Origin: a virus
DNA length: 64,000 nt
Virus record (IMG/VR): IMGVR_UViG_3300028822_000042
Coordinates: 22,501-86,500 of that record
Reading direction: 5' to 3' (one strand)
Below the pieces are notes generated by a model that ran no database searches, was not told where the DNA came from, and worked only from the letters and a program-made list of their open reading frames with translations. Every line of letters begins with the position of its first letter. Positions within the stretch are counted from its first letter, which is position 1. Positions 1 through 9,633 of the stretch are shown here, piece by piece. The position numbers and the translations under genes were made by a program.

Positions 1-1154
1 AATTCAAAGATATTATGGCCACTCCGAATGCTCAGTACTGGATGCCTAAGGTAGTTGAGGAGATTGTTCGTGAGCCTGTTGAGCCTATGCTCATTGTTCC
101 TAGCTTGCTAGACAGGATCGCTTACACTCCAGCTGCTAGAATTACATTCCCAGCAGTAGGTGCTTTGGTTGCATTTGACCTTGCTGAAGGTCAGGCATAT
201 CCAGAACAACAGTTAAATGTTGCTCCTGGTAGCATCACAATCAATGTTGGGAAAACTGGTGTTGCGTTTAAGATTACTGAAGAGATGCAGAAGTATTCTC
301 AGTACGATGTGATGAACATGCACATCCGTGCTGCTCGACGTGCTCTTGATCGACACAAAGAGAAGAAAGGTATGGACTATATCACTGGTATGGGCGTATC
401 TCTCTTCGATAATAAGAATCCGACAACATCTGTCTATGGCACATGCACAGGTCGGTCAATTACAGGTGCTGGTAATGGCTCTTGTAGAATGGAAGACCTT
501 CTAAAGGCATATGCCCACATCATGATGCAGGGTTACACTCCTGATACCATCCTGATGCATCCTCTGACATGGTCTATGTGGATGGCTGATCCTCTGCTTC
601 AGACTATTGTCAAGAATACAGGTAATGGTAGTTGGTTCCAGCCGCACAATATGCCTAAATCTGGTTTGCCTTGGGCTAACGCCTCACAGAACAAAATGGG
701 TATCCATGGTGGTTACGGCCAGTATACACCTCCGGATAACAATGCTTCTGCTACACCTACTGGTGTGGATGAGATCGATCAAAATCTCAACAGTGCACCT
801 GTTATCCCTAATTACTTCCCGCATCCGCTGAAAGTATTGGTTAGCCCATTTGCTCCGTTCAATGTCCACAACAATAGTTGTGACATCATGATCTTCGACT
901 CTAGCAACCTTGGTGCTCTAGTTGTTGATGAGGATGTCAGCATTGACCAATGGGAAGATATGTCAACAGACATCATGAAGGTTAAACTGAAAGAGCGTTA
1001 TGCTTTTGCTATCTATGAAGATGGTTTGGCAGTTGGTGTTCTGAAACATGTCCCAGTTAAGGCTAATGAGATTGCTCTGCCAGTAACAGCTACTATTTCT
1101 GCTGCTGGATCTCTTGACGAACTGGACCAAACAACATCTATTAGTGGTCTCTAA
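1..1154 (+). CDS. Major capsid protein (HK97-like fold); may be 5'-truncated by the window edge
   Basis: The frame is open from the window start (F-K-D-I before the ATG at 15). Capsid-like pattern: 'EGQAYPE', 'KTGVAFKITEEM', 'PDTILMHP' and C-terminal 'KLKERYAFAIY'. First gene of the structural cluster, followed by a strong terminator. Confidence 0.85.
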   Translation, partial: FKDIMATPNAQYWMPKVVEEIVREPVEPMLIVPSLLDRIAYTPAARITFPAVGALVAFDLAEGQAYPEQQLNVAPGSITINVGKTGVAFKITEEMQKYSQYDVMNMHIRAARRALDRHKEKKGMDYITGMGVSLFDNKNPTTSVYGTCTGRSITGAGNGSCRMEDLLKAYAHIMMQGYTPDTILMHPLTWSMWMADPLLQTIVKNTGNGSWFQPHNMPKSGLPWANASQNKMGIHGGYGQYTPPDNNASATPTGVDEIDQNLNSAPVIPNYFPHPLKVLVSPFAPFNVHNNSCDIMIFDSSNLGALVVDEDVSIDQWEDMSTDIMKVKLKERYAFAIYEDGLAVGVLKHVPVKANEIALPVTATISAAGSLDELDQTTSISGL

Positions 1155-1182
1155 TTAGAGAACCGCATTGATGTGGTAAACT

Positions 1183-1225
1183 AAAGGGAGGAGGAGCGGT
1201 GGTTCCTTCTCCCTTTTTTGTTTTT
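1183..1225 (+). terminator. Rho-independent terminator after the capsid gene
   Basis: AAAGGGAGGAGGAGC-GGTG-GTTCCTTCTCCCTTT forms a 15-bp stem (2 G.U pairs) followed by TTTGTTTTT. Confidence 0.85.
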
Positions 1226-1245
1226 CTTCAATAAGGAATTTAGCC

Positions 1246-1791
1246 ATGAGATTGGTTAAAATTAAACTCTGTCCTCAAAATCCCTTCTGGTTTCTTGGAG
1301 ATATCATCAATCTCACAAAAGAGAATCCTGAGAGCCCTCTGATAAATTTAGACTCATTAGAGGAAGAACAAGTTAAAACAATTAACCAAGCTGCAAATCA
1401 GATGGAAGTTAAATTGTTTGATAGTGAAGGGAATAAGCTAAAGAAAACTAATGATGCTATCTTTATATCTGGCGACCATGCTGTAGATGTAAACGATATA
1501 GATAAGGAGGAATCAGAACAAGACTTTTTAGGAATTGAATCTGTTACTGTGTCAGAAGAATCAGAAGAATCTGAAGAAAAACAAATAATAGTAGAAGAAC
1601 AGGATTTGAAGGATGCTAGTATCTTTCTTAGCAAGAATGGAAATACTGTTAGGAAGATGATTAAATCCTTACCTAGGTCTGACGATAGTCTCGTGTTTTT
1701 GCATGCTCTTCTTCAGGTTGAATCAAGCACTAAGAACAGACATGGTGTTGTCAGTAGGATAGAAGAGGTGATTGATGAGTGCCAACAATAG
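1246..1791 (+). CDS. Hypothetical acidic protein (head region)
   Basis: 181-aa ORF with AAGGA RBS, between capsid and neck genes. Confidence 0.7.
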   Translation: MRLVKIKLCPQNPFWFLGDIINLTKENPESPLINLDSLEEEQVKTINQAANQMEVKLFDSEGNKLKKTNDAIFISGDHAVDVNDIDKEESEQDFLGIESVTVSEESEESEEKQIIVEEQDLKDASIFLSKNGNTVRKMIKSLPRSDDSLVFLHALLQVESSTKNRHGVVSRIEEVIDECQQ

Positions 1792-2005
1792 AGAAGTATT
1801 CGTAGAAGAAGGCGAATTTAAAGTTGGAATGGATTTCATTATGAAGCTTAGAACAGAAGCCAATAGGCAGAAAGCCTATAGGAGTTCGAAAGATTTTGCA
1901 AAAATGCTTGGTAATGATGGTTCTGACATCCCTGACTTCAAACAAGATTCTCTGTCAGAACTAGATAAGATAGCTGATTCTCTTGAAATCATAGAGGAAG
2001 AATAA
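1772..2005 (+). CDS. Small hypothetical protein
   Basis: 77-aa ORF preceded by GAGGTG; its stop overlaps the next start (TAATG). Confidence 0.65.
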   Translation: MMSANNREVFVEEGEFKVGMDFIMKLRTEANRQKAYRSSKDFAKMLGNDGSDIPDFKQDSLSELDKIADSLEIIEEE

Positions 2006-3795
2006 TGGCTACCACTCCTCATATTTTAGACGTATATCCTGCTCCAGGTTCGTCTGGAATTCCTATTGGTGATCAAGTAACAGTTACATTCGATCAGGAG
2101 ATGGACCACTCTTCTATCAATACAGGTACTTTTGTGCTTGCTGCTCCAGACAGAAGCACTACAATTGGTGAAGGGTGGAATTTTCCTGATACAGCAGGCT
2201 CAGAAGATGAAGATATGCTTAGCTCTCCTTATTATGGAGGGTTTGTTAAAGGTACTATCTCATTTTCAAGAGTAAATGCATATGGCTCTCCAGTAGAAGA
2301 TAGCGAAACAGACACAACTGGTGATGGTACACTATGGAGAACAGTTGCTCTTTTTACTCCATCTCAACCTTTATCTCCTAATGTTCAATATACTGTTTTA
2401 GTTGCTGGTGATGAAGATCCTACAAATCAGTTTGATAGTGGTGTCAAAACTAGGACTGTATTTGACCCTGTAGCTATATCTGTAACAGGGACTGGTAATA
2501 TCTCTTTCAGCGGCGGGTATACTGGCTCAACAAGCAGAACCTATACTGTAGAGATAGTTGCTTCTGGTACAGTAGGCAATGCTACTTACCAGTGGTGGGA
2601 TAATTCAGATCCTCTTACCGTTTATCAAGGCATCACTACTACTGGCGAGAGAGAGCTAGATAATGGATTGTTAGTCTCATTTGATCCTGATGGTACTTTG
2701 GCATCAGGCGATAAGTGGACTGTTCATTGTGTGCCGTTTATCTCTCTCTCGAACACATATAAGTGGACATTCACTACCGGCTCAGGAGAACTTCTTGCTC
2801 CTCCATCTTCTTCAAGCACTAGTGGAATAGAAGAGTTGTCTTCTGCTTCTACTTCTGCCTTCTCAGTCTCTGAAGTAAATCCTGAAGGAGCAAAGTATGG
2901 CGTCTCTATATCTGAGGACCCATACCAAGGAGAAGTAATTACAGTAACATTTACAAGCACCTCTATAGTAGATGCAGCAACACTTGTAGATGCTGTAGAG
3001 GTCAGAATGGAAGCTGCTAATGGAGATGTAAATTTAGTCCCTGTTACCGATCTTGATTTTGAGACTACATTGTTGGACAACGTTCTCACAATTACACTAG
3101 ATCCAGGTCAGCTTGTACAAAATTCTATTGTTGTTGTTACCCTTGACAAGACTATAGCGGATACAGATGGCAATATGCTCGGGTCTGATTATGTGACCTA
3201 TTTCTCTACAACATATACACCTCTATATTCTAGCTTAAGAAGAATAAGATTTGATCTTGGTAACTTCATCTCTGGAATACAAGATGAAACAATCATGCTA
3301 GCTATATTAGAAGCTAGTATATATACAGATGCAATCAAGTTTGCTACTACAATAAGCAATTCTTCATTTTATATGCAAGCAAAACGTGAGTTCACTACAT
3401 GTCTTGCTGAGTTAAAGTTGCTTAAAGGTCTTTCTGCTGATGTGGTATCAGGAGATAGAATGTCAAAAACATTAGGTGACCTTTCTGTGTCCAGAACAGG
3501 TACAGGAAACGCTCTTAAAGAGACAATGAGTGATTTGCAAGACTGTATAAATTACTGGAGAGTTGTGATTGAGTCTGGAGGCGCAGTCGCTCCAAATACT
3601 TCTCTGTCTCCAGAGTACACTGTTAAAGGAGCTGATGCCTCTGATGCTATCACTGTTGCAAGACAATGGGAACCAACAAGTGGTCTTGGTAGTTATCGCT
3701 CCGCAGCAAATACAAAAGTTTCGAACTATAATAGTAGCTCTAGAAAGAGATATAGGACGTTTAGAAACAAGACAACTTGGAGAAATAGAGACTAA
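2005..3795 (+). CDS. Virion protein with Ig-like (Big_5/SbsA-type) domains and a C-terminal head-tail adaptor-like domain
   Basis: N-terminal 'PHILDVYPAPG...VTVTFDQEMD..SIN...FTPSQPLSPNVQYTV' and a second Ig-like unit ('VTLDKTIADTDGNMLGSDYVTYFST'). The C-terminal helical region has 'SKTLGDLSVS', typical of head-tail connectors. Confidence 0.65.
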   Translation: MATTPHILDVYPAPGSSGIPIGDQVTVTFDQEMDHSSINTGTFVLAAPDRSTTIGEGWNFPDTAGSEDEDMLSSPYYGGFVKGTISFSRVNAYGSPVEDSETDTTGDGTLWRTVALFTPSQPLSPNVQYTVLVAGDEDPTNQFDSGVKTRTVFDPVAISVTGTGNISFSGGYTGSTSRTYTVEIVASGTVGNATYQWWDNSDPLTVYQGITTTGERELDNGLLVSFDPDGTLASGDKWTVHCVPFISLSNTYKWTFTTGSGELLAPPSSSSTSGIEELSSASTSAFSVSEVNPEGAKYGVSISEDPYQGEVITVTFTSTSIVDAATLVDAVEVRMEAANGDVNLVPVTDLDFETTLLDNVLTITLDPGQLVQNSIVVVTLDKTIADTDGNMLGSDYVTYFSTTYTPLYSSLRRIRFDLGNFISGIQDETIMLAILEASIYTDAIKFATTISNSSFYMQAKREFTTCLAELKLLKGLSADVVSGDRMSKTLGDLSVSRTGTGNALKETMSDLQDCINYWRVVIESGGAVAPNTSLSPEYTVKGADASDAITVARQWEPTSGLGSYRSAANTKVSNYNSSSRKRYRTFRNKTTWRNRD

Positions 3796-4361
3796 TGTCG
3801 AAAAACCCTTATATGGATATATATCCGACTAATTCTTCTAATCTCGAACTTGATTTGAGAAGAGAGATCAGTCGTTTGCTTTATGGAGCAAAAGATGAAA
3901 TTGCTAAAGGCAGACAAGGTCTCTTAAGAAGAATGCGTAAAGACAATAATGGAGACTTAATACGTTGTCCTTGTAGAAACAGAAATACAGATGAGCCAGA
4001 TAGAGACTACTATTGCAGATACTGTGTCGGCATGGGGTACTTTTGGGATGAAGTAAAAATAGTGTATTATAGAAATGATGAGTCTTTTCGTAAGAGAGAA
4101 GGAAAGGTTAAGGAATTCGAAGGAGATATGTTCTATCTTGCATATGATACAATCATATCCAGTAGTGACTATATCATAACAGTTGATTTAGATCAGAATG
4201 GGAATCCTTCAGTGCCTGTAACTAGAGACAAGTATTTTAAGATTTTGAGTGCTGATCCATTCAGAGCAGATAATGGACGAATAGAATTTTGGGCAATTAG
4301 AGCTATAGAGGAACGCAAGTGGAGTACTTGGTATGGTGTCAAGAATAGACAATATAACTAG
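3795..4361 (+). CDS. Neck/head-closure protein with Zn-binding Cys motif
   Basis: CPC...CRYCVGMGY motif as in myophage head-completion proteins; position between adaptor and sheath. Confidence 0.6.
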   Translation: MSKNPYMDIYPTNSSNLELDLRREISRLLYGAKDEIAKGRQGLLRRMRKDNNGDLIRCPCRNRNTDEPDRDYYCRYCVGMGYFWDEVKIVYYRNDESFRKREGKVKEFEGDMFYLAYDTIISSSDYIITVDLDQNGNPSVPVTRDKYFKILSADPFRADNGRIEFWAIRAIEERKWSTWYGVKNRQYN

Positions 4362-5049
4362 TGTTCCTGATATAGAGGATCCAGAAGTTAAGGTGCGTTA
4401 TTCTGAGACAGAATGCAATAGGATCCTACGTGTATACCTTGAGACAATACAAGCCCAAAAGCAATTTTCTAATGGTTCAGAACTGAATGATTTTTTTGAT
4501 TTGGTTCATAATGCCATTATTTCAAGACAAGATTCTGAAGGCGTACTTAAGTCTAAGAGGATACTTTTCTTAGAGGAAGATCCTCCAAGTGAGAGTGAAA
4601 TTGACACAGAAGCAATTACTTTCATCTTAAGGTCTAGAGTACCTGGAAGATTCGACCAAGGTCCTGCTGGTACTGGTAGGATTAAAGAGGTTACTGGACA
4701 CCAGAGATCTATAATTGAACATCCAGAGCATCCTGGAGAGAAGCTTGTTACTATGGGTCGGTTTTACGACAACTGGATAACATTCAATGTCTATGCTCGT
4801 ACAGCCAAAGTAGCAAGACATAGACTTCTTTGGTTTGAGCGTCTAATGGATGCTTTTACATGGTATTATAGATTACATGGGTTTCGAGTGATAGAGGAGG
4901 GTTGTGGAGATAAAGAGTCTATAAATCTAGGAGAATTAGAAATAACAAAATATCCTATATCATACATGGTAAGGACAGACGATACATTCCATATTAGTAC
5001 GCAAGAGCTTAAGTCTGTAGTGTTTAATATAGGTGTATCAAGACAATAA
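4333..5049 (+). CDS. Putative tail terminator/neck protein
   Basis: 238-aa ORF immediately upstream of the sheath; call based on synteny. Confidence 0.5.
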   Translation: MVSRIDNITSVPDIEDPEVKVRYSETECNRILRVYLETIQAQKQFSNGSELNDFFDLVHNAIISRQDSEGVLKSKRILFLEEDPPSESEIDTEAITFILRSRVPGRFDQGPAGTGRIKEVTGHQRSIIEHPEHPGEKLVTMGRFYDNWITFNVYARTAKVARHRLLWFERLMDAFTWYYRLHGFRVIEEGCGDKESINLGELEITKYPISYMVRTDDTFHISTQELKSVVFNIGVSRQ

Positions 5050-5067
5050 ATACAGGAGGGTTCGATT

Positions 5068-6960
5068 ATGACGTTACAGAATCTCCCCCGCGTAACAGTT
5101 ACAAAGCCTGATGGGAACTTGGTTCCTGAGCAGACAACACGTGCTCCACGTGTTCTTGTTGTCGGCACTGCTGGGTCTGGTGTTGGCGATACTGCATACT
5201 TTGTTTCTACTACAACTCAAGCTAGATCAGAATTTGGTTCAGATGGAACCTTGATTAGAGGTATGTGGGAAGCAAAGAAAACCGGAGCTGAAGAAATCCT
5301 TCTTTATAGGATTGGTTCCACATCAGCTATTGTATCTGGCATTGGAGACTCGACAGGCTCTACAGGTTACACTGTAACTACTATTGAGCAAGATGCTTCT
5401 GCTGGTGACAATTATGCTCTCTATTATGACAATTCGAATGACCGTCTTGTCGTAAAGAGAAACAGTGATGATCTTATTGTCTTTGACAATGACTCTACAA
5501 ATCCAATTGATTTGTTTGAAGTTACTGTTTCTGGCTATAAAGCTACTGGTGGTGGCCCTGATATAGGTAGTGCATCAAGTTATGTGAACTTGAGTTCTAT
5601 TGATGCTTCTGCATATTCAGGAACATCTTATACTGCAGGCACAGATGGTCTTGGTCTCTCAAGAATGGAAATGTACCAGGAACTGTATGTTGCCTATAAG
5701 AATCTGCTTCAGGAAGAATTTGATGTTATCGTTCCTATGGATGTCTATATGGACGACTATAATGTAGTCGATCAAGGACATTATAAGGGTTCGGTTACAC
5801 CTGTTGTTCCTGGTGGACAGTCATTTCCGACTGCTGGAGCATATCAACCTGGTACAGACGTAGACTCTCTTGGTAAGGTCTATGTTGAAGAGTATGAAGG
5901 CGAATATTACTTCTGGTGGTGGTTTAGCGGCGGTGCATTTGCGGCTGCAGACATTACTCCTGCAAATGTTCCTGGCTCTGGTAGTTCAACAACTAAAATT
6001 GATGGCACTACAATAACAGAAGATGACTTCCATGAAGTTAACTTCGCATATCAGCTTGGTCGGTTTCTTTATGACTATAGCACTGACATTGTTGATGCAA
6101 CTGGTGTCATTGGCGCTCTTCCGCCAGCAAGTAACTCTCTTAGAGACAAAGCTCGTTGGTTGGGTAAAGCTCCTACTTGGACATTGAATACATCAACAGG
6201 TGAATACTATGTCGCATCTAGTGGAGATAATGGCTCTGGTCTATTAGGAAATAAATTTACCGTTGGTAAAAGTGACCATAGATCTGGTGAGTTTGGTGGT
6301 GGTTTTATTCTAACTGATTCTGAGTTCATGGATGGAACTGAACAGGTAGATCAAAACGACATCCCTGTAGATCTTGGAAAGTATTTCTCCATCGTTGTAG
6401 ATACACCATTTCTGAGAAACAATTGGTATAATGCTGGCTATAGGGCTTCATTCGCAGCGTCATATGCTGGCTTTTATGTTGGCATGGTTCCATCTAGCGC
6501 TCCTACCAACAAACGTGTTAGCTCTTCAATATCTCTCATTTATAAGATGAGCTTAGGTTCTCTTGATGCACTTGCTGGTGCAGGATATGTCGTCATGAGA
6601 AACAAGCCTCAGGGTCTTGTTGTGGCTGATGCACCTACAGCTACGATGCCAAACTCTGACTGGAAGAGACTCTCAACAGTTAGAATTGTTAAGTCTGTCG
6701 TTGACGGGATTAGGGTAGCAGTTGATTCATTCCTTGGCGAAGGCATGAACGATGGTTCCAGAGCCTCTATGAGGAATGAAATTGATAAGATTTTGCTTTC
6801 TGCCAAGTCGGCTGGATATCTACAGGACTATAAACCTTTCGATATCATCCAAACACCTTCTATGGAGGTCGCTGGAAGAGCAGAAATCAATCTAACGCTA
6901 ATTCCGTCTTTCGAACTGAGAGTCATCGACCTGACTGTTTCTCTTTCTAAGTCAGGCTAA
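5068..6960 (+). CDS. Contractile tail sheath protein
   Basis: N-terminal 'LPRVTVT...VLVVGTAGSG...FGSDGTL' and C-terminal 'SDWKRLSTVRIV...FLGE...INLTLIPSFELRVIDLTVSL' are typical sheath motifs. RBS AGGAGG. Confidence 0.9.
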   Translation: MTLQNLPRVTVTKPDGNLVPEQTTRAPRVLVVGTAGSGVGDTAYFVSTTTQARSEFGSDGTLIRGMWEAKKTGAEEILLYRIGSTSAIVSGIGDSTGSTGYTVTTIEQDASAGDNYALYYDNSNDRLVVKRNSDDLIVFDNDSTNPIDLFEVTVSGYKATGGGPDIGSASSYVNLSSIDASAYSGTSYTAGTDGLGLSRMEMYQELYVAYKNLLQEEFDVIVPMDVYMDDYNVVDQGHYKGSVTPVVPGGQSFPTAGAYQPGTDVDSLGKVYVEEYEGEYYFWWWFSGGAFAAADITPANVPGSGSSTTKIDGTTITEDDFHEVNFAYQLGRFLYDYSTDIVDATGVIGALPPASNSLRDKARWLGKAPTWTLNTSTGEYYVASSGDNGSGLLGNKFTVGKSDHRSGEFGGGFILTDSEFMDGTEQVDQNDIPVDLGKYFSIVVDTPFLRNNWYNAGYRASFAASYAGFYVGMVPSSAPTNKRVSSSISLIYKMSLGSLDALAGAGYVVMRNKPQGLVVADAPTATMPNSDWKRLSTVRIVKSVVDGIRVAVDSFLGEGMNDGSRASMRNEIDKILLSAKSAGYLQDYKPFDIIQTPSMEVAGRAEINLTLIPSFELRVIDLTVSLSKSG

Positions 6961-6980
6961 CAATGGAGGTAGGGTAGACA

Positions 6981-7655
6981 ATGGCACAAATTAGTTCATT
7001 TACTAGAGGCTACAATAGCTTCAGTGGTGTAGACATCAAAGCTACTATCGGCGCAAAGGCAATTGGTACTTTGCAAGGTATTAGCTATCAGGTGTCTCGT
7101 GAAAAAGCTCCTATTTATACAATGGGTACTGCCGATCCTAGAGCTTTTGCTAGAGGCAAAAGAGCTATTGCTGGATCACTGGTCTTTATCCAGTTTGATG
7201 CAGAGCCATTGATGTATGAGCTTGCTAACCCCAATGACGAAACAAGGCAATTGTATTTCTTGTCTGATGTTGATGATCTCAGACCAGAATATAACATGAA
7301 TGACGAAATCCCAGTCGCTGATACAACTGTTACTCCTGTTGGAGAAAGCAGTCCTAACGTGCCTGGTGCGCCTGCTGGTGGACAAGAGTCAGATGTTACT
7401 TCTGCTGCATCAGATCAGAAGAGAGCATTGCCTTGGTATCCTGATCAACTTCCACCCTTTGATGTTGTATTGACTGCAGCCAATGAATATGGTGCACTTG
7501 CCATCATGAAGATTCTTGGTGTTGAGCTTATGAACTCAGGTCATGGTGTCAGTATTGATGATATCGTGTCTGAGCACAGCTACACATATGTAGCCCATGG
7601 AATGGTCCCCTGGGTCTCTCAGGGCGTCCATGAAGACATGGAAAGCGCTATATAG
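6981..7655 (+). CDS. Major tail tube protein
   Basis: Directly after the sheath. Motifs 'SFSGVDIKA', 'LQGISY..SREKAPIYTMG', 'RGKRAIAGSLVF', 'DQLPPFD...ANEYG'. Followed by a hairpin. Confidence 0.8.
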   Translation: MAQISSFTRGYNSFSGVDIKATIGAKAIGTLQGISYQVSREKAPIYTMGTADPRAFARGKRAIAGSLVFIQFDAEPLMYELANPNDETRQLYFLSDVDDLRPEYNMNDEIPVADTTVTPVGESSPNVPGAPAGGQESDVTSAASDQKRALPWYPDQLPPFDVVLTAANEYGALAIMKILGVELMNSGHGVSIDDIVSEHSYTYVAHGMVPWVSQGVHEDMESAI

Positions 7656-7675
7656 TTAATGTCATGTCTATCCTA

Positions 7676-7710
7676 AAGGGCTAGGGGAATAGGCTCCTAG
7701 CCCTTCTCTC
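7676..7710 (+). terminator. Hairpin (weak terminator or attenuator) after the tube gene
   Basis: AAGGGCTAGGGG-AATAGG-CTCCTAGCCCTT forms a 12-bp stem with one G.U pair; the U-tract is poor. Confidence 0.6.
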
Positions 7711-7725
7711 CCCTTAGGAGTCATA

Positions 7726-8658
7726 ATGTCTAATGGCGGCACACAAAAAACATTAGCCTCTTATCGAACAACAAGTGTTGATAAGAAAATTAGCTATCCT
7801 AACAATATAGAGAATGTAGGCAGAGCTTTACATCCTGCAGAAAGTACTAATTCTGTAGTTTCTGATTATATGGGATATGGTAGTTTCTCTGGGGCTGATG
7901 TTAAGGTTGTTGTCCATTATCCAAGAAATCACTTCTTAGAGAAGAGACTGGCTGAAGAGAAGAGAGACGCCATAAGAGAGATAAATGAAATAACTGATGA
8001 CATTAACTCATTTAGCGTTATAGATACTTCAAGACTAGAAGGCAGAAGACAATCTGCATATAAAAAGCTAGAAGAAATTGATGAAGAGATTGATAAATTT
8101 CACAATATACCTACATCTAAAGTTTTAGCTGAGCTTCAGACTATCAGCTATTCTATATTTAGAGAAAAAACTCCTGTACGTACATTAGGTTCTGTATACC
8201 CTAGAGCATATGTTCGTGGTCCGCGTACTATTGGTGGCTCTATGATCTTTACTGTGTTTCACAAACATGTTCTTCATGAGGTACTAAGCATGAACATGGG
8301 AGTATACAGTACAGGAACTAGTGATCATGATAGATACAGATATTCTACAAATTTACCTGATCAAATACCTCCTCTAGATATGAGTATCATATTTGCTAAT
8401 GAATATGGTGCTATATCTCATATGGGGCTGTGGGGGGTTGAATTTGTGCAGGAAGGATCTACTTTTTCAATTGAAGACATCTTTACTGAGAACACAGTGC
8501 AATATGTTGCTAGAGACTTAGACCCTATGAGGGTAGTAAATGCAAGAGAAATTGACGGGAAAGGTGTAAGTAAAGAATGGACCAAAACAGCTTCTATATT
8601 GTTATATGAGAAGCAACAGTTAAATAGTCATCTGACTAGAAGGAATCCTTTCTTATAA
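7726..8658 (+). CDS. Tail tube paralog 2 (tube initiator-like)
   Basis: Shares 'SFSGADVK', 'LQTISYS..REKTPV', 'RGPRTIGGSMIF' and 'DQIPPLD...ANEYG' with 6981..7655, plus a helical insertion. Confidence 0.75.
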   Translation: MSNGGTQKTLASYRTTSVDKKISYPNNIENVGRALHPAESTNSVVSDYMGYGSFSGADVKVVVHYPRNHFLEKRLAEEKRDAIREINEITDDINSFSVIDTSRLEGRRQSAYKKLEEIDEEIDKFHNIPTSKVLAELQTISYSIFREKTPVRTLGSVYPRAYVRGPRTIGGSMIFTVFHKHVLHEVLSMNMGVYSTGTSDHDRYRYSTNLPDQIPPLDMSIIFANEYGAISHMGLWGVEFVQEGSTFSIEDIFTENTVQYVARDLDPMRVVNAREIDGKGVSKEWTKTASILLYEKQQLNSHLTRRNPFL

Positions 8659-9551
8659 TGGCTATTAGAGACGAATATAACAATCTTGTTGGTAGCAAAT
8701 TCTCTGGAGAGAGAGTTTACGAATATGATTGGTTTTCTGGGTCTCAGATTAACATTATGTTAGGTGATGTTGTTATTGATAGTGCTGTAGGTATTTCCTT
8801 TAATATCCAACAGACAAAAACACCTGTTTATGGATATGCTAGTCAGTATTACAAGTTTGTGACTAACGGACATGTTCTTGTGCAGGGCAACTTGACCATT
8901 GCTTTTAAAGAAACAGGATACCTTATGTATCCTATTCAGAGGCTCTTAAACAATCAGGTCAATACAAAGAATCTTGACTATTCTGACTTGGCTAAACAAG
9001 AATTCTCTAGTTCTCCTAAATACTCAATGGAGAATGGTGAATTTCAGAGAGGTTATAAGAGTTCCACTAATAGTCTTACAGAAGCAGCTGATGCAGCTAG
9101 AAGAAAACGCACTATGAAGGCTAATGTGGAACAGATGTTTGAGTGGGAAGCTCGTGGCGGAGATCCTAAATTACAGAGAAGATACAACAAATTCTGGAGA
9201 GGGCTTTCAAGTCTTCCCGATGATAAGTTTGAAGACTGGGCAGAAACTTTTGAAGATGCAGTTTGGTTCGGATCAGATAGTAGCAATCCTGTAGTTAGAG
9301 ATAAATTTTTTAGCAACAATATTGATGACACAACTAGTCTTGCAGATGAAGATGTTTTGATGCATCGGCGTTTAGATCAATATCCAGAAATTGATATTAT
9401 TATCTCTTATGGAGATCAATCCATACATTCAGCAAATCACACCGTCAAGAAGATACTTGATGTCAATTTTACTGGTCAGTCTCAAACAATAGAAATTTCT
9501 GGCCAGCCTGTGTATGAACAGTACAGCTTCATTGCTAGAAATCTAGTTTAA
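8658..9551 (+). CDS. Tail tube paralog 3 (tube initiator-like)
   Basis: 'FSGSQI', 'GISFNIQQTKTPVYGY', 'VQGNLTIAF', 'DQYPEIDI' and 'EQYSFIARN' align with the two preceding tube-fold proteins. Confidence 0.7.
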   Translation: MAIRDEYNNLVGSKFSGERVYEYDWFSGSQINIMLGDVVIDSAVGISFNIQQTKTPVYGYASQYYKFVTNGHVLVQGNLTIAFKETGYLMYPIQRLLNNQVNTKNLDYSDLAKQEFSSSPKYSMENGEFQRGYKSSTNSLTEAADAARRKRTMKANVEQMFEWEARGGDPKLQRRYNKFWRGLSSLPDDKFEDWAETFEDAVWFGSDSSNPVVRDKFFSNNIDDTTSLADEDVLMHRRLDQYPEIDIIISYGDQSIHSANHTVKKILDVNFTGQSQTIEISGQPVYEQYSFIARNLV

Positions 9552-9578
9552 GAATTTTCTATATCTATAATTTAAGTC

Positions 9579-9611
9579 TTGCATGTTTTAGATTATTACA
9601 TGTAATCTAAA
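9579..9611 (+). promoter_or_regulatory. Possible sigma70-like promoter overlapped by a near-perfect palindrome
   Basis: TTGCAT-N16-TGTAAT in an AT-rich intergenic gap; inverted repeat TTTAGATTA-ttacatg-TAATCTAAA at 9587..9611. Confidence 0.4.
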
Positions 9612-9633
9612 TCATAACCTATTGGAGGAATAG

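Noticed and set aside
1162-1177. Small hairpin ACCGCA-TTGA-TGTGGT upstream of the capsid terminator
   Set aside because: Only a 6-bp stem with a G.U pair; it could easily occur by chance.
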